Source: Glycera tridactyla (lineage: Eukaryota). From it: DNA of 64,000 nt. Where the stretch lies: NCBI GenBank assembly GCA_965644265.1, contig OZ286463.1, forward strand, positions 105,834,001 to 105,898,000. The letters are read 5' to 3'. The notes under the pieces were generated by a model, which saw nothing but the letters and a program-made list of their open reading frames with translations, made no database searches and was not told the origin of the DNA. Shown here in pieces: positions 1-12,442 of the stretch (its first letter is position 1; every line of letters starts with the position of its first letter). Both the position numbers and the translations under genes were made by a program.

Positions 1-139
1 ATTGCTCACAATGGTGAGCAAAGCTGCTGCTCGAATGAGTGACCGAAATGAAGCAGGTGCACCATTCAAGACTGAACCTGCACCATTACACAGATCTATA
101 TGATATGTGCTCCTAACCGAGGAGCCTTCTCCGTGTCAA

Positions 140-330
140 GGTTACTAGGGGAATCTCTGAGCCCACCTCTCCACTTCACTCAGGTGTGAATGGGTATTTG
201 ACTGTTGGCAGTAATTCTTTCTCCAGATTTCCTGATTGTATTATTTTCCAGGGGGTGGATGGGAATGCTCAAGCTTGGATAGGCCCGTCATGGAATGCGA
301 TTGTAAAGACGCATGAACTTGTTAAAGATG
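140..330 (+). mobile_element. Degraded, 5'-truncated SINE-like fragment
   Basis: Contains CCACTTCACTCAGGTGTGAATGGGTA, resembling conserved central domains of invertebrate tRNA-SINEs, followed by a TGTAAAGACGCATGAAC 3'-type segment. No A/B boxes are visible. Recognition from memory only. Confidence 0.3.
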
Positions 331-3300
331 CCTGACAGCACATCCCAACACTCAGATTATTACGACACTGAATCAGATCAATCATTAGATGTTGTCACTT
401 GCATACAACATATTATCGAATGATCAACATTCTTTTCAGAGAGTACGAGCCAAAGAACAGGAAAGATCATTTCTATACTCTATATCCCATGATATTGGTT
501 GAAGACAATGCTTTGATGATATATCATCCGATTCCAATATTTCTCATAAGGAATGTACAGAGAAATGAGGAATGTACATGGAATAAGTTCACCGCCAGAA
601 AAGAATACGCCGAAAATGAGAGAGACAGATAGAAAGACATATAGATGGACAAAGGCATTAGCACATTGTGTGCTGCATTCTGGCGTCTGCGTCAGGGGAC
701 GGGCGTGACGGATAGTGTTTTGATAGTGTTAGAGAAGAAATTATAGCCGATGGTTCATGGATTTTGGTTGATAATTTATTACTCAATCTAGCAAAGTGCT
801 CTAGCACTTGTATGGCAAACACGCAGCAGCGTGGGCATTAACACGGAGATGTCGAAAAAGGAGAGAAGATGCCAAGCGAAAGAGGGAGGGAGTCAAAAAG
901 AGGTTAAACAGAGAGACAAACAGACAAACAGGCTGACAGACGGACAGACCGACACACAGAGGAAAGACAGATTCGCACTGGGAGATGAGGACGGCAGAAA
1001 AAGAGAGAAAAACAATCAATGGACGACATGATGCAAATTTCTAGTGATAACAGGTAACACGACCCGTCTTTATCAATTTGCTAGGTTTTTCCCACTTCTG
1101 AATTACTGTAATGGGGAACAATACCGGGGTACAATTTCCCTGAATTCAGTTTCAAGAACCCTTTGTGTCTGTAGAAATATATTGTTAGACGTTGGAAGGG
1201 CTCCAATCGTTTTCCACCTCGATAGATTATATGCCCTGATCGGCAGCGCACTCAATTATTTTTTTACATGTGGTGAATATTGACTGGCGTCAGGAAATTT
1301 AATGATGTCGCCAGGTTCTTTTCCTCTTAGATCGAACACTCATGGCATTCATGTGTTCATGTCGTCATGGCAACAAGGTGGCTTTGTGTGGAGTCAGCAC
1401 TTTCTTTCATCACACTCATCAGCGTGCGAATAATGGCTGAGTCAACTTGTTTGTGAGTCGATCGTATGTCCCTGTCACCTAGTGTCGCCGTCCCCGAGCT
1501 CATCGGTGACTAACAACGAATCGGCGCCTCGAGGCTGTCAGATCGAATCTGATATGAAAGCAGCTGATGTAGAGACTTTGTATTTGGCGAGTTCGTTGTA
1601 TACATTCGATCATTCAAGCTAATATCCATCTCTGATATTGACGTCACAAAAAATGGTTCGGAAATATTGTTGGAGACACTTGGATCGTGGGTGATACATT
1701 GGAATATGAATGATAATTTTTGGAAGTCTGTAGCAGTGGCACGTTCACTATTCTCTTTTGGATATATTTTAAAGTTTGATTTGGACCAGTGGACAAACAT
1801 TCATCATTCATGGGTTGTGGGATTTCACTTTTTTTCATTCAGTTCCTGCTAAAATCGTTCTGAGAAGATTTGCAAGCAACCACATGGCTTCGGACCTTTC
1901 TGGCAGCTATATATGTATGAGTACACGCACCCTGATGAATCGTAGGTTCTCCATGCAGGCAGCGGCCTAATGGAATCAGGCTTGATCATGGCAACCTGAA
2001 CTTTTTTTACTTAAACTTATGAATCGATCGCCCTACACAAGCTTCCCCCCTCATATTGATATTTTGTTTTTTCTGCCTCGATGTGTCTTTCTCTTTCTCT
2101 TTGTCTCTCTATCTTTTTCTCTTTGTCTCTCTCAATCTCTCTCTTTCGTTTTTTTTGATCGAATAAACTTCATCCGAGAAGCAGGGATGAGAGTCGCATT
2201 ACATGCTCAAACGGTCAACATATTCACAATACAACCTAGGTAATATGTACATTACATGTATATACAATATGGTGACAATATGGGGCATGAAGATGCGAGG
2301 AGTTAGTACGATGTGAGGGCTGGAAGGATGCTTGGCTGCTGTTATTGCGATGTATGGAGGTGGCGGTACTAGTAAAGGGGATCTATAATAGAGAGAATGA
2401 GTGCGACTATGGTTGTACTCGTTGTTCGAAGAATTCTGTATGTTATCTTGACTATTGCTGGAAATATCCTAGATAGACATATAGAGGATGGTCAATATAT
2501 ACAGATAGAAATAGCAAGGTTTTATATCTACACGATCAAGCAAAACATAAGAACAAAATCCTACTAGAATATCACATCCAAAAATATTATCTAATATGTC
2601 AAGATCCTAGTCTAAGCGTATCGTGCCCCTGCTTGCAAAAGAAAGCAAATATAATCTAGAATAAGTTGAATGGTCATGAGGCATTCTCATTAGGAATGAA
2701 CGTTAAAGAATGACAAATATGACTGATATATATTCCGTTACACACCAACGATTGTACAACTTCGTCACATGCTTACTGAAAACCAAGGTGGTATTGCACA
2801 TTCTAATGCGGTTAGGAATCAAGTTCCATGACTGGATTCCAAATGGGATTGTTTCAGAACTTGCGAATTCGGTACGGCAACTCCTGACCAGTGTCCGGAG
2901 TTATTGTTTGTCTTTATATTCGACTAGTGTCTTGTTATTCGAGATGTTTGCCCGGGTATTCACCGACGCATGTAACTGGATGTTGCCTCTGTGGTGGACT
3001 ATTCAGAACATCTCAACTGCTAGCTGCCTATTTGTAAGAGATTCCAAGTATGGAACCCTAAGGTTTGTGTGACATTCACTTGCAGAAACATTGATATGTG
3101 ACACACCTTTTACTACTCTAGGGCAGCTATTCTGACAGGATTGTAAACGCAATTTAGGTCTGGCATTCATCCCACAAAGTATAAAGTTATTGGAACAAAA
3201 CAAAGATTGGATAAGGAAGTGATGAATGATAACTGCTGTCTTTCCCGAAATGAAAGGGCGTATATGTGCGTTCTCTCTCTCCCGCTCTCTCTCTCCCTCT

Positions 3301-4505
3301 CTCGAAGTTGACTAGTATTTATGGAACATCTAAACTAAACGATCCTGAAGACAAACAGAAAGCCCGACAAGGCTGTTTGTCTTACAAGGTATTTCTGAGG
3401 TAGAATATCGTGTTCCGGTCACATACTGGTCGTTTTTCATGAGACAGGGGGCAGCGTTGGACGTTCATGATAAAGTAGGGCTTGATCTCGTTCTGCCCGC
3501 ATTACACATCACTGATTTGATCAAGCAAATCCGGCTGACCTTATCCCGACTCAATCAGCTGCACATGTTCTCTATCAGAGCACACCTCATACCTCCGCAT
3601 CAGACACAAGACACACGTTTCTGGATATCCATGCATCTTGTTCATGCATATGATGATAGCGTTAGTAAAGATAACGAGTTAGTTGTCCGATAAGGCCAAG
3701 GCAATGGAGATGTCAATTATGATAGACGCAATTATATATCTATCTTTTATCATCTTGTCGGGAACATGGCAAAGCAACATATCAGATTGCTCGCAAAATG
3801 TTCCACTCTGAATACATAAAGCATGACCGACACAAGGGCGGATTTTCAATGTAGTTGTAAAACACTATATTCGGCAGAGGGGTTCGAAGAATGGATATAC
3901 AGCAGCAGCATTTCAGAGAGTGATTAAACAGCCGAAGATTATCAAGTCGCATGTTCATACATATGTATTCAACAGGGAATCCTAGGACATGTGATATTGC
4001 GGGTGTAGTTTTAGTTTTCTATGAATGGATGGAACGCTACTGCATCCTTTTGTTAATTCATTGATGTCAATTGTAATTAATAACGCATTAGTTATCTGAG
4101 CCGCGGGAAACAGCGATGATGATTCTTCATTTCGATGAAAGTTGACTGGAATATTCTCATGGGAACGGTAGGATGTTCATCTTCGAGGATGCATGCATTA
4201 CTTATTCTGTGATGTTAATATGCATGCCGCGATGCTATGAAGCATATGTTCAACTTGTGTGTTTCGACTTGAATGGACTCCTAATATATTGACCATTCAT
4301 TCACATACGACCTAAATGCGATTTCTGAATTAAGGCTACAATATTTCCGGCTTATAGACGAGCAACATTCATATGTCATAATAAACGACCAGTCATTGTA
4401 ACTCAGTAGTATGCACCAACATAAGGAAGTCCTATCTCAACGTCTCGCCCTGGACTCAGCAAACTAGGCTGGATGAAACGGTTTTGATGATCTTGATATG
4501 TCCCA

Positions 4506-4508
4506 GTG

Positions 4509-4539
<31 letters not shown>

Positions 4540-4563
4540 AAGTAGAAGTAGTAGTAGTGGTAA

Positions 4564-4601
<38 letters not shown>

Positions 4602-5025
4602 ATTGAGGTGGTGTTAGTCGTAGNNNNNNNNNNNNNNNNNNNNNNNNNNNNNNNNNNNNNNNNNNNNNNNNNNNNNNNNNNNNNNNNNNNNNNNNNNNNN
4701 NNNNNNNNNNNNNNNNNNNNNNNNNNNNNNNNNNNNNNNNNNNNNNNNNNNNNNNNNNNNNNNNNNNNNNNNNNNNNNNNNNNNNNNNNNNNNNNNNNNN
4801 NNNNNNNNNNNNNNNNNNNNTTAGTCGTAGNNNNNNNNNNNNNNNNNNNNNNNNNNNNNNNNNNNNNNNNNNNNNNNNNNNNNNNNNNNNNNNNNNNNNN
4901 NNNNNNNNNNNNNNNNNNNNNNNNNNNNNNNNNNNNNNNNNNNNNNNNNNNNNNNNNNNNNNNNNNNNNNNNNNNNNNNNNNNNNNNNNNNNNNNNNNNT
5001 AAAGTAATATCAGTAGTAGTGGTTG
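4506..5025 (+). repeat. (GTA)n microsatellite, largely replaced by N
   Basis: Near-perfect GTA repeats at 4506-4600. N-runs at 4624-4820 and 4831-4999 with a TTAGTCGTAG island. GTA repeats resume at about 5010. Confidence 0.95.
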
Positions 5026-6044
5026 TTTAGGATTACGGATAAATAACCCGGTTCAATATAGTTATACCAACGGGAAAGTCTGCCACAGGCTCGTTTAGGG
5101 TCTACAAGCATTAGAAAAAAATAACTAAAGTTGGATACCAAACAGTTGGTCTGTCAAGCACTTGTACGGGCATAACAAGCAAAAGACAGTATACAAATCA
5201 ATATCGTGTCATGAAAGCAAAAAAGATGCCGGAAAACTGCTCAGGAATTTCTAGCGAATAATAGTGTATCTGTTAGCTGAGGTTAGACCATTAGAAAAAA
5301 GCACTGAACAGATATCTTTGAACTCCGCGTACATGACAAAATCACCATATTTGGTAGAATTGATGACCAAACACAACCGAATCATCGATTATATTATCAT
5401 TGATTAGTGAAGAAGCAACCAATCAAATGGCTTTTTTTTTTCAATTACCTGAATGATAACAGATCATGCTTAGTTTCTGGAAAGGTCTCCCTGGATAATC
5501 GAGTCTCATCCTAGATAATTCACTCTTATCACCAATTTCCATCTACGAACATTACCAAATGACCGTGGAAATGATATAATGATAGTAGTAGCAGCAGTAA
5601 CGGTACGATCATCAGTTGTGGGACCGACCGTCAATTGAACACGTATGGTACAAACGAAACTCAGGATGGCACTATGTAGGTGATATATTCAACGAACCTC
5701 TTTGAAAGTATCGAAAATGAGATGATCATTCTCATAGAAGAGACCATGGGATTCCCTTCATCGGACTCATCGTATCTATCCCTTCATTGACATAGCTACA
5801 TAATAGGCATGCCTTGATTGATCGGGTTATTATCATGTACGAGATAACGGCACATAAATGAACTATTGTGTTGAATGAGCTTCATTGCACGCATTCAACT
5901 AACACTCTGATCAGCCGAAAGTGGAGCATTTTTAACCTGGCCGCTCCACATCATTCATGAGGAAGCCTAAGAAAGTGGGGTGATGATAACAAAAAGGAGT
6001 GATCTTTTCTCCCATACTCGACACAAGAGCTCTGATTGCAGCGC

Positions 6045-6229
6045 CAGTTCAACCTGTTTGCTGTCTACAAAGGCCACCTCCTGTCGAATAATAAAGTGAC
6101 CTATGGAGGCAGGTGGCCTCTGTCGAGGGGTGATTTACTGTAGGAAATGATATTACGATCGCAGTTAAGGGTGGCCTTTATAGGCAGGTGGCTTCTGTAG
6201 AGAGGTGGTATATCTGGCAGGTACGATTG
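6045..6229. mobile_element. Degenerate MITE, Tc1/mariner(pogo)-like
   Basis: Imperfect termini CAGTTCAACCTG ... CAGGTACGATTG followed by TA. The internal motif GGCAGGTGGC(C/T)TCT recurs, and GGCCACC/GGTGGCC occur in inverted orientation. Left TA TSD not preserved. Confidence 0.45.
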
Positions 6230-7199
6230 TATATCACCAACTGAATTACTACCAGGATATTACTGAGAAAATATCCACAGAGATGAACCGAGATTTGATT
6301 ATTTGTGGTCTGTCTTTGGATCATGAATCTCTCAGGCAGCCAATATCAAGCCTGATAGCAATGCACATTGATTCAAATGACAGATGGATATATAGACGTG
6401 GTTCAGAGATATGTTTTCAGGTGACTATTTTGCGTATGAGAATCTTTAGATTTTGTCACGGCGGGAAGTGGGGTGAGTAAAAGCTGGTATATAATGAAGA
6501 ATGAAGCGATGATGATCAGATGCTAGGTGCTGACCCTAGAAGACACGTACCAGGAGTCTGAGGAGAAGATGGCGTGTTCGCATGTCCGCTCTCCATCGCT
6601 CGACTAGGGATCACGGAGAGGCAGTGCCGGTTACGACCACATTTTATGGATGCTTTGCCTGCTCACTGCCCTGATTAGGCCATGCATCTTCTCGACCTAT
6701 CGAAGCTGGCATCTTCAAGACCGACACTCATTCTGTTTAGTCATACGTCAATGTCGTTCTGATACTGGTCACAATCAAAACGCATCTGATGTTTGTTTGT
6801 TTGAGGTTTCAGTGGCATGTATCGACCCGGGTTCCTATTTTATGAAAGCTAGATATTCTCACCCCCTACAGACATCTTTCACAAACCCTGAATACAAGAT
6901 GGGGGAACATGAAGGGTTGTTAAGTGGAAGTAGCTGACAGTCAGACATACCTCTACCTACTCAACATGGACAAACTGAATCTGATGATGGGATGATGATG
7001 GCTGGAAGCTAACACTCAAGCCTGATGGCATAGCTTCATTCATCAACACTTGAAAGAAGGAGAAGCATCAACGCATCCGAATCAGATGCTGCATATGCCG
7101 TTGTATGTTTAGGATCATCAGACGTGCCTCTGACATTCAAACTCTCATTCTGAATATATTATTGTTTTCTCATATATAAATGATATATACATCATGTTG

Positions 7200-7950
7200 A
7201 ATTTGTTTGTTTTCGTCTCCTGTAGAAAAGCTTATATGAGGTGAGTTTGTATGATGAAGTGAAAGAAAATTATTCAAATCAGGTTTCACATATTCCGGCG
7301 ATAGGATCACCTACGTTTTCAGACATTAGAATCACCTCATGCATTCAGGCTCGAGTCTTATCTTCCAGCGAGTTACATAGTCAGATATGACACCGTCGTC
7401 AAAGCTCAATCAATCAATAACTACAATAACATCACAGTCAATGTAACTGTGATTGGCGAGTTGCCAGGTTCCGGTCAGCCTTGCCTGAAGAAAGTGCTAT
7501 AGCTTCTGATCTAATTGATCAACATCGAGTTAGTGATGTCAGCCAAGGTCGAAGGTGCGATCTCGAGTGAACTGCTACAACCATCAAGTTCGTCATCAAT
7601 TTAGAAATAGATCAGTTCCAGCGCCTGGACTCTTATTCCGTTGCATAAATTGGAGCCAACCACCTCAACTGACCAATCCGATGCACTCGACTTCCTCTAT
7701 AACTCATCCGTTTAGCATTCCCTGATTTGGCTGCTCCAAGGATCTTCCACATCTCCTGATGACACTTCCCATTTCTGTTTGATTGTTGTAGCCTACCGTG
7801 AGGTAATTGATCGGGAACATCGGGAATGGGTAGGCACGGAAAGTGTGCATGCACTGCGTAGTAGTTCGAGTTTTCCTGAAAGTGTTTCAAATTTGACAGT
7901 TATAAGACTCGCCTGAGGAAGCATCGCTTTCGAGCTCAAAATTGAAGATA
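7200..7950 (-). mobile_element. Fossil LINE (L2/CR1-group) reverse transcriptase fragment
   Basis: Minus-strand translation with stops and frameshifts gives motifs in the expected order: QPNQGMLNG (cf. DPNQFG), FTRDRTFDLG*HH*L (cf. F.DL.KAFDLVDH..L), L*HFLQAR (cf. W..SFL..R), DYVTRWKIRLEP (cf. W...WKI.LN). Confidence 0.5.
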
Positions 7951-7974
7951 CTACTGAGCTTGGTAGGAAAGTGC

Positions 7975-8195
7975 ATTGATAATGATAATAATACTAGGGA
8001 TGATACTAGTTATTGTAAGCGCCGTTTTCCCCCAGAATTGTCGACGGCGTTTCACAAAAAAAAAAACATACATGCGTTTCCAAAATCAGAACATATTGTA
8101 TCTGATCCCCTTTCAAAAGATAGTACACATACTCAAATGAACACACTCATGATCACACAGACATTTGCAAGCATTTCCCGTGTTGGGTGATCGCT
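7975..8195. repeat. Dispersed ~220-bp repeat, copy 1 (inverted relative to 9510-9739)
   Basis: Aligns by eye to the reverse complement of 9510-9739 with few mismatches and small indels, e.g. CCCCAGAATTGTCGACGGCGTTTCACAAAAAAA and CACATACTCAAATGAACACACTC are shared. Confidence 0.9.
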
Positions 8196-9311
8196 TAAAT
8201 AGTATATAACTTATGGCAAGTTCAAGGCGTTAACCATGATAATGTATTCGAAAATTATTAAATATTGATAGATGTGTCTCCTTCGGAATTGTGAAGCTCT
8301 GGGGAGTGTCAATGTCGTGTCAACTATTATTTGCACAGATCTAGGTTTGGGACAATATGTTCAACAATGTATCTCGTTTATCAGACTACTTCCATTTCTG
8401 TAGAAAGCAAATATAGGGAGAGCAGGGTGTTCTATTTCTAGGCCTCTCGTATAAACATAGTGTCATGACAGTGTATAGGGCAAGGTGGTGATAAGTTTGT
8501 TCTAGATTATCTCTCTTACTGATGATGCCAATGCCGAAAAGGGTACACAGGTCAGTATCCTCGAATATAATGCAGTGAGATATATTTTTTATTCATCATC
8601 TCTTACATTGCATAGTGTACATAGAAAGCTACAAAATGCGCCACATGCTCGTCGTTCCTCCGTCATTATGCTGCCTCTATTTACATTATGGGTATGATAG
8701 CATGTGATAAATTCAACAGGTATAACAGGAAATGCAGTAGTGGTCAGAGAGGCAAGGCGTCAGTATAGCAAGTGAGACAAAGAAACGAATGAGCATTAGC
8801 GTATGGGATGAGAGGGCGGCCCGCTGTCACACAGACCTCCCGTACCCATACCTCATGTACCCCACGTGGCCACGGCGTCCTAGTATTGAGACCTATTTAG
8901 ACCCAGATTCACTTTTAGGTCATAAATTAGGAACAGCATAAGGTGTGATTTTCAGAGTTGGCTGTTGTCCTAAATTCGTGTGATTTTGGTCCGAACTTAT
9001 CTATATTTGTCTAGAGCATTTCTCTTTCGTGGCACGCTGTAGAAATATATGATGATAAAAGGAGGTTGTATGCTAACGGAAGAATGATTATTGGATAACG
9101 TAATCGAACATTGAAATAATCAAATAGCTAATATCGTTGAGAATGTAGAATACGAGTGATTTAGAAGGGTTAGGTGGACGGACGAAATGCCTACTAAGTA
9201 ATCCGTCTATCTTGAAGCTTATTGAGGCGTGTTTGTTCGATTTCCTGGGAGATACACGTGTCGGGTGGCTCACCAATGGCCATGTGTCTTCTCGCACAGT
9301 AGAGTTCAGTA

Positions 9312-9317
9312 GTGTGT

Positions 9318-9380
<63 letters not shown>
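9312..9380 (+). repeat. (TG)n microsatellite
   Basis: About 34 TG units, nearly perfect. Confidence 0.99.
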
Positions 9381-9382
<2 letters not shown>

Positions 9383-9509
9383 CGTGTGTAAGGAAAGATG
9401 TGTCCAGTGGTCCATATTGTTGTTTGTGATGGCTGAAAGTAGATTTACAAGAACTGACAAAGCGAATGTCATTCATATTGCCATACGTAATGAAAAAAGC
9501 ACAGCTTTG

Positions 9510-9739
9510 AGGGATCACCTAACACAGGAGATGCTTGCAAATGTTTTTGTGTGATCACGAGTGTGTTCATTTGAGTATGTGTGTTTTTTTTTCTTTTTGA
9601 AAGGGGATCAGACACAATATGTTCTATATCGATTTTGGAAACGCTTGTATGTTTTTTTGTGAAACGCCGTCGACAATTCTGGGGAAGATCGGCGCTTACA
9701 ATAACTGTTATCATCCCTAGTATTATTATCATTATCAAT
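9510..9739. repeat. Dispersed ~220-bp repeat, copy 2
   Basis: Reverse complement of 7975-8195. Ends in a TATTATTATCATTATCAAT microsatellite-like tail. Confidence 0.9.
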
Positions 9740-10019
9740 ATCACAACGTGATTACTACCATAAAATATGACAGTGGCATCAGTGGCATGACGTTTTCAAA
9801 CGGGACCCCACTCGATTTGTGCGTTCTTCAATCGTGTTCGAGATGAAAGAGATGAAGCAATGGAATTGTTGCCTGACAACAGTGGGAAAAAGTGCCTTGC
9901 CAATTAGGCCAACATAACTGTCATCGATTGGTGCCTGTCTAATCAGTGGCCATATCCGGGGCATTGACCAGCGCTCATTGTCAAAAATTGCCTAGCACTC
10001 ATCTCGGACATGCTAGCAG

Positions 10020-11382
10020 GCAGGCAATCAGGCAGCTAGGTGGGTACGTGGGCAGAAAAGTAGGTAAGTAGCTAGATGGATAATTGACTGGAATGGTGGG
10101 CAGGTAGGTAGGTAAGTAAGTGGGTTGGTGGATTAATATGTAGGTAGACAGCCTGGAAGTCAGGTAAGTAGGTAGGTAGATGGGTCGATAGATGGGTAGA
10201 TGAGTGGGTAGGTGTGTAGTCAGGTAGGTGGGTAGGTAGGTAGGATGGTGAGTAGGTAGATAGGTACACAGCCAGGAAGGTAGTTGGTTNNNNNNNNNNN
10301 NNNNNNNNNNNNNNNNNNNNNNNNNNNNNNNNNNNNNNNNNNNNNNNNNNNNNNNNNNNNNNNNNNNNNNNNNNNNNNNNNNNNNNNNNNNNNNNNNNNN
10401 NNNNNNNNNNNNNNNNNNNNNNNNNNNNNNNNNNNNNNNNNNNNNNNNNNNNNNNNNNNNNNNNNNNNNNNNNNNNNNNNNNNNNNNNNGGTNNNNNNNN
10501 NNNNNNNNNNNNNNNNNNNNNNNNNNNNNNNNNNNNNNNNNNNNNNNNNNNNNNNNNNNNNNNNNNNNNNNNNNNNNNNNNNNNNNNNNNNNNNNNNNNN
10601 NNNNNNNNNNNNNNNNNNNNNNNNNNNNNNNNNNNNNNNNNNNNNNNNNNNNNNNNNNGGTGAGTTGGTAGATANNNNNNNNNNNNNNNNNNNNNNNNNN
10701 NNNNNNNNNNNNNNNNNNNNNNNNNNNNNNNNNNNNNNNNNNNNNNNNNNNNNNNNNNNNNNNNNNNNNNNNNNNNNNNNNNNNNNNNNNNNNNNNNNNN
10801 NNNNNNNNNNNNNNNNNNNNNNNNNNNNNNNNNNNNNNNNNNNNNNNNNNNNNNNNNNNNNNNNNNNNNNNNNNNNNNNNNNNNNNNNNNNNNNNNNNNN
10901 NNNNNNNNNNNNNNNNNNNNNNNNNNNNNNNNNNNNNNNNNNNNNNNNNNNNNNNNNNNNNNNNNNGGTGAGTTGGNNNNNNNNNNNNNNNNNNNNNNNN
11001 NNNNNNNNNNNNNNNNNNNNNNNNNNNNNNNNNNNNNNNNNNNNNNNNNNNNNNNNNNNNNNNNNNNNNNNNNNNNNNNNNNNNNNNNNNNNNNNNNNNN
11101 NNNNNNNNNNNNNNNNNNNNNNNNNNNNNNNNNNNNNNNNNNNNNNNNNNNNNNNNNNNNNNNNNNNNNNNNNNNNNNNNNNNNNNNNNNNNNNNNNNNN
11201 NNNNNNNNNNNNNNNNNNNNNNNNNNNNNNNNNNNNNNNNNNNNNNNNNNNNNNNNNNNNNNNNNNNNNNNNNNNNNNNNNNNNNNNNNNNNNNNNNNNN
11301 NNNNNNNNNNNNNNNNNNNNNNNNNNNNNNNNNNNNNNNNNNNNNNNNNNNNNNNNNNNNNNNNNNNNNNNNNNNNNNNNNN
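10020..11382 (+). repeat. Degenerate (GGTA)n low-complexity tract, mostly N
   Basis: GGTA/GGTG/AGGT tetramers at 10020-10289. N-runs at 10290-11382 contain islands (GT, GGTGAGTTGGTAGAT, GGTGAGTTGG) of the same composition. Confidence 0.9.
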
Positions 11383-11399
11383 ATATTTGTATGTTTCAG

Positions 11400-12100
11400 T
11401 GAGTCTATTGAGCTGCCGGATCGGGAACACTTCCTGGCATAAAAACACGAGTGATCGGAGTTCGATTCGAGCACCGAACCGACGTTCAGCGACAGGAAGT
11501 CATATTTGATCAGTATCCGCTGATGCAAGACGACGTGATGGATTCTGTGTCAAACGCCTGCGTGAGCAACGCCAACTCCATCAGTCAGCAAGAGATATTA
11601 TTACGGATGTTGTTTGTCGATGTCAACTGTGTTTGTCCGAGGACTCGACGGAATACGGGCGACTACTTCACGGATTCCATCACACAGTGATTGCTGTATG
11701 TGGTGGGCTTCAGGAAGCACATCAGGCTCGAACAGGATATAAGACACCCAACTGGCTGGGGCTGATGTCAGATGGGCAGCACAAGTCTACTGACTATTAT
11801 CTGACTCTACAGAAGATTTTGAAACATTTCCTGTCAAGGAATCTGGAATCTCCATGATGATGCGATTACGCCATCGATCCCTGGATGACTGTTTGACTTT
11901 CCCTTTTTCACCAATCGAACTTTTGTGACGTGAAAATGCAGATAAAAATATTGCACGCATGCTACCATATCACCAGATAAGAGAGAATGTAAAAGAAGGG
12001 GCGAGCATGCTCGCCTGGTATTGGTCCACCATGATGTGTTGATCGAACAAGCCTCGCGTGTCAATCGAACTTGACATATGTTTGATGGTGTATCGAATGA
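11400..12100 (+). other. Coding-like segment of uncertain origin (115-codon stop-free frame 11510-11857); possible Gypsy RT/RNase H fossil or terminal exon
   Basis: One frame is open at 11510-11854 and ends TGATGA, with a possible acceptor CAG at 11511-11513. Alternate frames show weak RT-like pieces (VQR, QDDV, KRLRE, LYRRF*NIS, QASR). Confidence 0.25.
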
Positions 12101-12442
12101 GCAGAGCAGCGTGACAAATTACTGGCAGCTAGAAGCCCCATGACTATTTACATAGGCTTCACGTGAGAAGCCCCATCCAACAAATCGACCACATATCGAT
12201 AACGACTGTCTGTCCGTGAGATCACTGGGCCACATCTGTCATTCCTGATATAGGCTGATTCGAGCGAAAAAAAAGGCAATCTTTCACAAACCATTGGCAT
12301 TTCCAATTCAGTTCCCTTAGTGTCGTCTTCGACGCTTGCCTGACCATACACACCACGTGACATTACCCTACAATTCAGCCTTTCTTCAGCGACACCAAAT
12401 CAGCTGCAGCCGTGAGTACTTGACACCAGAAGCTACAAAGAC

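Noticed and set aside
11455-11470. B-box-like GTTCGATTC (also GTTCGAACC at ~31891) as tRNA genes
   Set aside because: No A-box at proper spacing and no cloverleaf stems.
9999-11528. Long ORFs of 372-509 aa (also 4506-5030, 28780-29469, 31816-32556)
   Set aside because: They are open only because N-runs and simple repeats contain no readable stops.
12000-12015. Perfect 16-bp palindrome GGCGAGCATGCTCGCC (also 14-bp palindromes at 35591 and 48841)
   Set aside because: About one 16-bp palindrome is expected by chance in 60 kb.
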